Position numbers and translations under genes: made by a program | Shown: one piece after another, positions 56,789 through 64,000 of the stretch | Position numbering within the stretch: the stretch's first letter is position 1 | How the letters are laid out: every line of letters begins with the position of its first letter | Assembly (NCBI GenBank): GCA_902805865.1 | Contig: CADCUK010000162.1 | Coordinates: 8,508 to 72,507, forward strand | Source of the DNA: an uncultured Nocardioidaceae bacterium | GTDB taxonomy: Bacteria > Actinomycetota > Actinomycetes > Propionibacteriales > Nocardioidaceae | Reading direction: 5' to 3' | Length of the DNA stretch: 64,000 nucleotides | Notes under the pieces: generated by a model | Told to the model about the DNA's origin: nothing | The model's input: only the letters and a program-made list of their open reading frames with translations | Database searches by the model: none

Positions 56789-58390
56789 TCAGGAAAGGAC
56801 CGAGGTCACACGCCTGAGGCGTCGGTGGGCCAGCGCCGCACGGGCGGCGTTCATGCCGGGCGCTCCGTGGACGCCGCCACCAGGATGTGCCGACGCGGAG
56901 GCGAGGTAGAGACCGCCGATGCCGGTCTCCGCGCGCCCTCCCTGCCCGGGGACCGGTCGGAAGACCAGCTGCTGGTGCAGGTTCGCGGTGCCGCCGTTGA
57001 GCGCCCCGCCGACGAGGTTGGCGTCGCGGGCCTCCATCTCGCGGGGACCGATGATCCGCCGGGCCAGCACGCGCGACTCGAAGTCGGGCGCCAGCTCGAC
57101 GATGCGGGCCTGCATCCGGTCCGCGAAGCGCTCGCAGTCGTCGCGGTCCCAGGTGCCTCGGATGCCGCCGTCACCGGCGTCGAACGCCGCGTTGTGCGGC
57201 ACGTGCGTGTAGGCCCAGAGCGACTCGGTGCCTGCTGGTGAGCGCGTCCCGTCGGAGGTGGTCATCTGGCCGGCGAGCATGAATGGCCGCGCAGGGATGG
57301 CACCTGCGGTGACCTGCGCGAGGGCCTCGCTCATCTGCTCGACGGAGTCGGCGACGTGGAAGGTGCCCGGCGCGTAGGCAGGGCGGGACTTCCACGGCAT
57401 CGGCCCGTCGAGCGCCCAGTCGACCTTGATCGTGCCGGGGTCGAGCTGGAAGGACTTCATCCCCTTCGCGACCTTGGCGGGCACGTCGTCCGGAGCGACG
57501 AGCTTGCCGTAGAGGTTCGACGCGACGACGTCGGCCAGCACGGCCCGGCCGGCTTCGAACCGCTCCCCCTCGGTGCGTACGGCGACAGCCCGGCCGCCCT
57601 CGACGTCGATGCCGACGACCTCTGCGTTGCAGCGGATCTCCCCGCCCATCGACTCCAGCCGGGCTGCGAGGGCCTGGGTCAGCCGGCCTGCACCACCCTC
57701 GGGCACCGGGAAGCCGACCGTCTGGCCGAGCATCGCGAGCAGCACCCCCATCAGGGCGGAGCCCGACCCGTCGAGGGGGATGTCCGCGTGACCGGCGTTG
57801 CCGGCCAGCAGGATCCGGGGGGAGACGCCGCCGAAGAGGGTCCTGCCCAGGTCGGTCACCGGCATGAGCATCTGCTGCACGAACTCGAGACCGCCGACGC
57901 CGCGGAGCTTGGTCAGGGCACCGAGTCCGGCCTTGACCGGCGGGAACGGCGTGAGCAGCGCAGAGATGATGTGGGGGCCGATCCGGTCCCACTTGTCGAC
58001 CAGCTCGAGCCAGGCGTCGCCGTCACCCGGGTGCGCCTCGTCCATCATCCGCGCGGTGCGCGTCCGGTCCCGGTGCAGGATCGCCCACTGGCCGTCCGGC
58101 AGCGGGTGGCCGAGCACCGCGGGGGCGTGGCGCCAGACGAGCCCGTGCCGTTCGAGCTGGAAGGACTGGATCGTCTTGGAGGCTGCGGCGAGCGGGTAGA
58201 ACGCGCTGAACGTGTCGTGCACGAACCCGTCGTAGACCTCGGTGTCGCTGCGCACCGCACCGCCGACCTCGGGCTGGGCCTCCAGGACGAGAACCGACCA
58301 GCCGGCGTCGGCCAGGTAGTTGGCGGCGACCAGGCCGTTCGGCCCGGCGCCGATGACGACGGCGTCGTGAGCCGCCCGGCCAGCTGTCAC
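56789..58390 (-). CDS. phytoene desaturase-family FAD-dependent oxidoreductase
   Basis: VIGAGPNGLVAA, VLEA...GG, SAFYPL, YLASASAHPGGGVHG; GTGA overlap with the SDR. Confidence 0.88.
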   Translation of the reverse strand: MTAGRAAHDAVVIGAGPNGLVAANYLADAGWSVLVLEAQPEVGGAVRSDTEVYDGFVHDTFSAFYPLAAASKTIQSFQLERHGLVWRHAPAVLGHPLPDGQWAILHRDRTRTARMMDEAHPGDGDAWLELVDKWDRIGPHIISALLTPFPPVKAGLGALTKLRGVGGLEFVQQMLMPVTDLGRTLFGGVSPRILLAGNAGHADIPLDGSGSALMGVLLAMLGQTVGFPVPEGGAGRLTQALAARLESMGGEIRCNAEVVGIDVEGGRAVAVRTEGERFEAGRAVLADVVASNLYGKLVAPDDVPAKVAKGMKSFQLDPGTIKVDWALDGPMPWKSRPAYAPGTFHVADSVEQMSEALAQVTAGAIPARPFMLAGQMTTSDGTRSPAGTESLWAYTHVPHNAAFDAGDGGIRGTWDRDDCERFADRMQARIVELAPDFESRVLARRIIGPREMEARDANLVGGALNGGTANLHQQLVFRPVPGQGGRAETGIGGLYLASASAHPGGGVHGAPGMNAARAALAHRRLRRVTSVLS

Positions 58391-59364
58391 TGCGCGGACC
58401 TGGCCAGGTCGCCCAGGCGGGTCACCACGTTGCGCGGGATGGCGATGATCGAGGCCACCTGGTCCCCACGGAGCCGGTTCAGCCCCGGTTGTGAGCCGAG
58501 GACGTTCCCGGTGTGCGGTTCCAGGGGCCGCGTCGCGTCGAGGGCGGCCAGCTTCATCAGGGGGCCGACCAGCACGTCGTACACGCCGGGAAGCAGGGTG
58601 AAGCCGAGCCGCATGATGTCGTTCGCCGGCCCCACCTGGCTCCGCTTGCGGGGGCTGTCGATCCGGTCGTGGATGACCTTGGCGACCCGCTCGGGGGAGA
58701 TGGCGGGCGGCGGCGGACGCCCGGCCCAGCCGGCGTAGTTGCCGGCCTGCTCGTAGATGGGGGTGTTGACACCACCGGGGGCGACGTAGCTGATGTGCAC
58801 GTCCCCGGCGTCGCGGTTCTCGATCTGCAGCTGGTGAGCGAGGGCGCGGACGCCCCACTTGCTCACGGCGTAGGGGGTCATCCCCGGCGCGGCGATGTGG
58901 CCGATCACCGAGCCGACGAGCACCAGTGAGCCGTGTCGCTGCTCGAGAAGCACCGGCAGGACGTGTCGGGCGACGTTCATCGAACCGCTGAGGTTCGTGC
59001 GCAGCACGCCGTCGAAGACCTCCGCAGGGACCTCCTCGGCCCGCCCGTACGCCACCACACCGGCGCTGTTCACGACGGCATCGACGCGTCCGTGGCGGTC
59101 GAGGACCTGGGCGATGCACCGCTGGACGGCGTCGTCGTCGCCGACGTCGGTCGGCACGACGAGGGTCGAGGCGGCACCGGCGCGCTCGCACTCCTTGGCA
59201 GCCAGGTCCAAAGAGGCCTCGTCGCGGGCGACGAGGACGACGTGGTCGCCTTCGGCGGCGGCCTGCTGGGCCACCGCGAGGCCGATCCCGCTGGAGGCGC
59301 CGGTGACGACGACGACCCGGGGTGACCGGCGCGCAGGACGGACAAGGAACGAGAAGGGTCGCAT
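58387..59364 (-). CDS. short-chain dehydrogenase/reductase
   Basis: TGASSGIG, VNSAG, YAVSK. Confidence 0.9.
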   Translation of the reverse strand: MRPFSFLVRPARRSPRVVVVTGASSGIGLAVAQQAAAEGDHVVLVARDEASLDLAAKECERAGAASTLVVPTDVGDDDAVQRCIAQVLDRHGRVDAVVNSAGVVAYGRAEEVPAEVFDGVLRTNLSGSMNVARHVLPVLLEQRHGSLVLVGSVIGHIAAPGMTPYAVSKWGVRALAHQLQIENRDAGDVHISYVAPGGVNTPIYEQAGNYAGWAGRPPPPAISPERVAKVIHDRIDSPRKRSQVGPANDIMRLGFTLLPGVYDVLVGPLMKLAALDATRPLEPHTGNVLGSQPGLNRLRGDQVASIIAIPRNVVTRLGDLARSAQ

Positions 59365-59373
59365 GCAGAGTTG

Positions 59374-59493
59374 ATATCCACGCCTGCAACCGAAGAAACC
59401 CCGCAAGGGCAGGGAGCGACGAACCTCACGTGCCCTCCCGCAAGGCGGACCTGATCGGTCCAGGTGGCGGTTGAACAGGGTCTGCTCGGGTAC
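59374..59493. promoter_or_regulatory. back-to-back SigF/SigB-type promoters
   Basis: Minus: GGTTT-N16-GGATAT (59400 to 59374) before the SDR; plus: GGTTG-N14-GGGTAC (59469-59493) before the diiron enzyme. Confidence 0.55.
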
Positions 59494-59526
59494 ATCAGCG
59501 GCAGGAGAAAACTCGAGGAGAACCCC

Positions 59527-60582
59527 ATGCACCTTCCCCGCGAACGCGGGCCGCTGAGCTCGGCCGTGCTGACGGCGCTGTCAGGAGACGGCCCCCTGGA
59601 CGCGGTCGCGCTCGTCGAGCGGGTCACCGCGCTGTCGGACGAGACCGACGTGCTCGTCGACGACGACTTCCACCTCACGCTGTGGACGATGTACGAGCTG
59701 CACTACCGCGGCTTCGACGGCGTCGACGACGACTGGGAGTGGGACCCCGAGCTGCTGCGTCTGCGCCACGCCATGGAGGAGCGGCTGCTGGCCGAGTACC
59801 GCTTCGCCACGTCCGAGTGGGTGCACGCGTCCATGGAGGCCACCGGAGACGTCCCCACCCGGCTGTTCGCGCTCACCGAGATGGTCCCGGGCGCCCCGCT
59901 GTCGTCGTACATGCAACGCGAGGCGAGCCGCGAGGAGTTCGTCGAGTACATGCAGCACAAGAGCATCTACCACCTCAAGGAGTCCGACCCCCAGTCGTTC
60001 GTCCTCGCCCGGCTCAGTGGCCGCCCCAAGGTCGCGCTGGCCGAGCTGCAGTACGACGAGTACGGCGCCGGCCGTCCCGAGCAGCTCCACCAGGCGCTCT
60101 TCGCCAAGGGGCTCGATGTCTGCGGGCTGTCCTCGGAGTACGGCGCGTACATCGACCTCGCCCCGGGGTCGACCCTGGCCGTCACCAACGTCATGAACCT
60201 GTTCGTGCTGCGGCGCTCGCTGGCCGCTGCGGCGATGGGCCACCTCGGCGCGTTCGAGGCCACCAGCTCCGAGCCGTGCCGCAAGGTGGCCGGCGGTTGC
60301 CGGCGCCTCGGCCTGCCCGACCTGGTGGCCTCCTACTTCGACGAGCACATCGAGGCCGACGCGGTCCACGAGCAGCTCGCGTTCCGCGACATCTGCGGCG
60401 GCATGGTGGCCGAGCGGCCCGAGCTCCTCGGGGACGTCTTCTTCGGCGCTGCGGCGTACCTCTTCAGCGAGGCGCTGGCCGGCGGAGCCATGCTGGACGC
60501 GTGGCGCGAAGGTCGCAGCAGCCTGCGCAGCGGGACCGGGGACCCGGGCACCGCATCGTTCGAGACCGCGGTGGCGTCGTGA
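59527..60582 (+). CDS. iron-containing redox enzyme (heme-oxygenase-like diiron oxidase)
   Basis: YELHYRGF, HLKESDP, DEYGAG...H, FEATS, YFDEHIEADAVHE; GAGGAG RBS. Confidence 0.85.
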   Translation: MHLPRERGPLSSAVLTALSGDGPLDAVALVERVTALSDETDVLVDDDFHLTLWTMYELHYRGFDGVDDDWEWDPELLRLRHAMEERLLAEYRFATSEWVHASMEATGDVPTRLFALTEMVPGAPLSSYMQREASREEFVEYMQHKSIYHLKESDPQSFVLARLSGRPKVALAELQYDEYGAGRPEQLHQALFAKGLDVCGLSSEYGAYIDLAPGSTLAVTNVMNLFVLRRSLAAAAMGHLGAFEATSSEPCRKVAGGCRRLGLPDLVASYFDEHIEADAVHEQLAFRDICGGMVAERPELLGDVFFGAAAYLFSEALAGGAMLDAWREGRSSLRSGTGDPGTASFETAVAS

Positions 60583-60806
60583 CCGCCGGTGGTCGACGGT
60601 CGGTCGTCGTGACGCCCTGCGGCGACGGCGGCCCGATCCTGGTCAGGGGCGCGGACGTCATCGAGGACGCCGACGGGACCGCCCACGTCGTGACGCGCCC
60701 CGTCGTCGCGCTCTGCACCTGTGAGAAGTCGCAGCGACTCCCCTGGTGCGACGGCACCCACAAGGCCGTCGAGCGGGGACGCCGACGGCGCGAGGGAGCT
60801 GCGTAA
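60579..60806 (+). CDS. CDGSH iron-sulfur domain protein
   Basis: ALCTCEKSQRLPWCDGTH; GTGA overlap with the diiron enzyme. Confidence 0.9.
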   Translation: MTAGGRRSVVVTPCGDGGPILVRGADVIEDADGTAHVVTRPVVALCTCEKSQRLPWCDGTHKAVERGRRRREGAA

Positions 60807-60831
60807 GTCCCTCGCGCCCCCGCTGCCGGTC

Positions 60832-61668
60832 TCAGCGCTTGCGGTGCGACAGCTCGTGGCGGGACGGCTGCGGGCGTTGACGCCCCAGCTCGCCACCGAT
60901 GCGCCCGCCGTACGGGCGGCCGTGGTCGGCGTACTCCTCGCGGCTGTAGATCAGCGTCCAGGGGCCGATGTCGACACGGGTCCCGGTGCGGAGCAGTGCC
61001 TCTCGCAGCACGACGGCACCGTGGACCCAGACCGTGCCCGGCACCTCGGGGCGGAGCACGAGCTCGTCCTCCTGGGTGCGCAGGATCTCCGCGTGCCGCG
61101 GCTGGAGCCCCTCGAGCACGATGTCGCAGGACGGGTGGCTCCCGATGACCGTGCGGTCACCGAGCAGGAACGCGTCCTGCGTGGCGTCCGGACCGGGGTG
61201 CGGGTCGGGAGCCATCACGAGCCGCGGGTAGCCACCACGGTCCGGGTCGTGCGTCGTGGTGGGCCGGCGCGGCCGGCGCAGGAACGTCGGCACGATCGGG
61301 AGCGGTGTGGCCGGCGGCACGAGCGGCGTCCGCTCCGGTGACGCCTTCCGCAGCCGGAGCAGCCGCAGGGCGGCCCGCAGCGAGGCGACGCGGATGTGCG
61401 GGGAGCCGGTGATCCTCCGGTGGAGGAACGGGGCGCGGGACACCCCGAGCGTGACGAGCGGGCGGTCGGTCGAGATCGTCAGGCAGAGGCCCTGCTGGGC
61501 CAGCCCGGCCGCCAGCGCGCGGGCCGGCCCGGTGCCGCTCCCACCGAGGAGGGCCGGGTCGCTCAGCTCGAGGGACAGCTGCGGCCCCGATCCCCGCAGC
61601 ACACCCTCCATCCGCAGGCCGTTCACCGTGACAGAGAAGTCGAGGTCGGCCTCCACCTGGGTGCTCAT
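60832..61668 (-). CDS. FHA-like domain protein
   Basis: TVIGSHPSCDIVL...RHAEI...VWVHG...LRTGTRVDIG; ATGA overlap with the upstream small gene. Confidence 0.75.
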   Translation of the reverse strand: MSTQVEADLDFSVTVNGLRMEGVLRGSGPQLSLELSDPALLGGSGTGPARALAAGLAQQGLCLTISTDRPLVTLGVSRAPFLHRRITGSPHIRVASLRAALRLLRLRKASPERTPLVPPATPLPIVPTFLRRPRRPTTTHDPDRGGYPRLVMAPDPHPGPDATQDAFLLGDRTVIGSHPSCDIVLEGLQPRHAEILRTQEDELVLRPEVPGTVWVHGAVVLREALLRTGTRVDIGPWTLIYSREEYADHGRPYGGRIGGELGRQRPQPSRHELSHRKR

Positions 61669-61913
61669 CGCCCGACCGCAGCCTGTCCCGCGTTGTCGAT
61701 GTCGGACGTGGTGACCTGCAGGGTGCCGTTGAAGCGCCAGGTCGCGCGGGGCGCCTGCGGTCCGGTGTCGCGAGGCACCTCGATCTCCATGTCGACGAAG
61801 CGGTAGTTGATCGCGGCCTGCCGTCCGGTCAGGAACGACCACATCTCCCGACCGAGGTCGGTCCAGTCGAGGACCTCCTGGCCGTTGGTCACGTTGGCGG
61901 CTGAGTTCTGCAT
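61665..61913 (-). CDS. small hypothetical protein (82 aa)
   Basis: GAGGAG RBS, globular-looking sequence, translationally coupled to the FHA gene. Confidence 0.75.
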   Translation of the reverse strand: MQNSAANVTNGQEVLDWTDLGREMWSFLTGRQAAINYRFVDMEIEVPRDTGPQAPRATWRFNGTLQVTTSDIDNAGQAAVGR

Positions 61914-61932
61914 GACTTCTCCTCTGAATAGT

Positions 61933-61959
61933 TCAACAGGTTCCTAAACGGTCTGTTGA
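61933..61959. promoter_or_regulatory. dyad in the divergent promoter region (candidate MerR-family operator)
   Basis: TCAACAG-N13-CTGTTGA in an AT-rich spacer; TACCAT (61964-61969) lies 6 nt before GTG 61976. Confidence 0.45.
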
Positions 61960-61975
61960 GGTTTACCATGTCAGA

Positions 61976-62884
61976 GTGACTTACAAACCCCCTTCCACGC
62001 AACCCCCCGCAACCAACGGGTCCGGCGTGGCTCCCGAAGCCGGCCACGGCGGGGCGACGATGACGATCGGGGAGCTCGCACGGCGCACCGGCGTCGCCGT
62101 CGGGACCCTGCGGATGTGGGAGTCGAGGCACGGCTTCCCCGAAGCAGTCCGGCTGCCCAGCGGGCACCGCCGCTACGACGAGCGCACCGTGCACCTCGTG
62201 CAGCAGGTCCAGCGCCGGCAGGAGGCAGGCTCGCGGTTGGAGGCGGCCATCGGCGCGGTGACGTCCATCCCCGAGATCCCGCCGGCGTCGGTGTACGCCG
62301 AGGTCGTCCGGTCGCAGCCGCGACTTGTCCCGCAGCGGCTGCGGAAGTCGACCCTGCTCGCCCTGACCTGGGCGCTGGAGGACGAGTGCTGTGCCCGGGC
62401 CCAGAACCCGTGGATGTTCGGCGCGTTCCAGGACGAGCGCTACTACCGCAAGGCGCAGTCGCGGTGGCGCGACCTCGCCAGGACGGCGCGCGGCGCCTGG
62501 GCGCTTGGCCAGTTCACCGAGCCCGCTCCGCCTTCGCCGGGCGAGCCGGTCGAGGTCCACCTGCCGCCCAGCTCGCCGATGACCCGTGAGTGGTCACTCG
62601 TCTGCCTGGCTCCCGACCTGCCTGCGGCGCTGGCGGCCTGGGAGCTCCCGGGGCAGGACCGGGTGCCGGACGGGGACCGGCTCTTCGAGTCGATCTGGAC
62701 CCTGGACCCCGTCGCCGTACGGGACGCCGCGCGGTGCGCAGCCCGACTCGTGTCCTTCCTCGGTCACGACACCGACAGCGCCCTGGCCGCGGCCGACGAC
62801 CCGCGCCCGCCGGCCGCCGTCGACCTGGAGCAGGCCACCGCGCTGTTCAACCGCGTCCTCGCCTACGTCGACCGGGTGCGCTGA
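61976..62884 (+). CDS. MerR-type HTH regulator with DICT sensory domain (alternative start ATG 62060)
   Basis: MTIGELARRTGVAVGTLRMWESRHGFP...GHRRY; DICT-like ALEDE...FGAFQ...REWSLV...WTLDP. Confidence 0.82.
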   Translation: MTYKPPSTQPPATNGSGVAPEAGHGGATMTIGELARRTGVAVGTLRMWESRHGFPEAVRLPSGHRRYDERTVHLVQQVQRRQEAGSRLEAAIGAVTSIPEIPPASVYAEVVRSQPRLVPQRLRKSTLLALTWALEDECCARAQNPWMFGAFQDERYYRKAQSRWRDLARTARGAWALGQFTEPAPPSPGEPVEVHLPPSSPMTREWSLVCLAPDLPAALAAWELPGQDRVPDGDRLFESIWTLDPVAVRDAARCAARLVSFLGHDTDSALAAADDPRPPAAVDLEQATALFNRVLAYVDRVR

Positions 62885-62940
62885 CGCGACCTGACGCGAC
62901 CTGGACGCGACCTGGACGCGGCCCGGACGCGGCCCGGACC
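62882..62940. repeat. 10-11 bp imperfect tandem repeat between convergent genes
   Basis: About six units of the form CCTG(G)ACGCG(A/G). Confidence 0.6.
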
Positions 62941-62964
62941 CGATTCTGGAGCGACCCGCAGCGG

Positions 62965-64000
62965 TCAGAGCTCGAGCAGCTCGGCGAAGAGCTGGACGTA
63001 CTGGATCAGGTGCCGGTCGCCGAGGAACATCTCGCGCACCCGCTCCCGTGCCTTGCGGCCGAGCTCGGCCGCGAGCTCCTCGTCCTCGAGAACCCTGACG
63101 AGGAGGTCGGCGAACCCTTCCAGGTCCTCCGGGTCGTCCAGCAGGAGCCCGCTCGTCCCATCGACGATCTGGTCCTGGATGCCACCCACCTTCGAGGCGA
63201 CGACGGGCTTGCCCTTCCACATCGGCTCGGTGACGGTCAGGCCGAACCCCTCGACGAGGCTCTTCTGGACCACGACGGTCGCGTGGTGCTGCAGGGCGTT
63301 GACCATGTGGGCGTTCTCGTCGACGTCGTCCATGGGCAGCGCGACCAGGTGCACACGCTCCTGGTGCTCGGCGGGAAGCTCCTCCCAGAGTGCGACGCAC
63401 TCCTCGAGGACCTCTGCGCCCTCGGGATCGTCGCTCACGCCCGAGACCTCCGGGCCGACGAGGGCCAGGTGCACGTCGGCCGGGAACCGGTCGAGGTGGT
63501 CGACGAACGACTTGAGGACGCCGGTCATGTCCTTCAGCCGGTCCCACCGGCTGACCTGCATGACCAGCCGGGCGTCGCCGGGGATCACGCTGCCGGCGGC
63601 GAAGAGGTCCTCGTGGGGGCGCACCGTGCCCTCGGAGCCGTCGCGCCGCTCGAAGGTGAGCCGGCCGTCGCCCTCGGCGAGGTCGACGAGACCGGCGCAC
63701 CGGAGGGTGGCCTCGCCGTCGGCCTTGCGCAGGTCGGCGTTCTTCGTGCTGAACGGGTCGAGCGACGGTGGGATCAGTCGCAGGGTCTCCTCGTCGACCC
63801 ACTCGGGGACGTACGCCGCGCGCGAGAAGATCACTCCGTCGCAGTGCTGCAGGTAGGGCTTGAGGAACTCCCACCCGAGGTCCGTCTGCTCGTCGGTGGT
63901 GTCCTTGCCGATGTGGCACCGCCAGATGACCTTCGCGCCCGAGCCCTGCAGCCCCTCGACGAGCCCGGCCGTCTGCGGGTCGTGGAGGAGGACGATGTCG
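62965..64000 (-). CDS. GT4 glycosyltransferase, trehalose synthase TreT-like (N-terminus outside the window)
   Basis: DIVLLHDPQ, WRCHIG, QVSRWDRLKD, QKSLVEGFGLTVTEPMWKGKPVV. Confidence 0.85.
   Translation of the reverse strand, partial: DIVLLHDPQTAGLVEGLQGSGAKVIWRCHIGKDTTDEQTDLGWEFLKPYLQHCDGVIFSRAAYVPEWVDEETLRLIPPSLDPFSTKNADLRKADGEATLRCAGLVDLAEGDGRLTFERRDGSEGTVRPHEDLFAAGSVIPGDARLVMQVSRWDRLKDMTGVLKSFVDHLDRFPADVHLALVGPEVSGVSDDPEGAEVLEECVALWEELPAEHQERVHLVALPMDDVDENAHMVNALQHHATVVVQKSLVEGFGLTVTEPMWKGKPVVASKVGGIQDQIVDGTSGLLLDDPEDLEGFADLLVRVLEDEELAAELGRKARERVREMFLGDRHLIQYVQLFAELLEL

Noticed and set aside
56789-58390. crtI of a carotenoid gene cluster
   Set aside because: No crtB, crtE or cyclase genes nearby; only the general family can be supported.

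Overview
Very GC-rich actinobacterial chromosomal segment (gene content suggests a Nocardioides-like organism; this is inference). About 60 genes can be supported; I see no rRNA, tRNA, CRISPR array, transposase or integrase. In order: the 5' end of alkB, a degenerate GGDEF protein, a zinc-finger/TM-fused ECF sigma factor, aroA-rsgA, hisN, an Fe3+ ABC transporter under an IdeR/DtxR box, a DosR-like regulator and a DosS-like kinase about 8 kb apart with DosR-type boxes, a DUF35/thiolase pair, yceI, icmF, recQ, an orphan N6-adenine methyltransferase, a class III cyclase, chrA, a bioY-CoA ligase-thiolase-ECF operon whose ligase has an internal TAG, a glnA4-type gamma-glutamylation cluster, and a probable SigF/SigB stress block (glgC-like, SRPBCC, DUF4383, diiron oxidase + CDGSH, TreT-like). 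The best candidate for an undescribed system is a tightly packed three-gene operon (17207-20829, minus strand): unknown Cys/His-containing protein, MoxR-type AAA+ ATPase, and HExxH-metallopeptidase/vWA protein. Its promoter carries both a near-consensus LexA SOS box and a PafBC (RecA-NDp)-type motif, which suggests a DNA-damage-induced protein remodelling or proteolysis machine. The second candidate is an 82-aa protein plus degenerate FHA protein divergent from a MerR-DICT regulator. All calls come from reading motifs by eye; no database search was run, and many start codons are re-assigned from the ORF track using RBS, overlap or promoter evidence.
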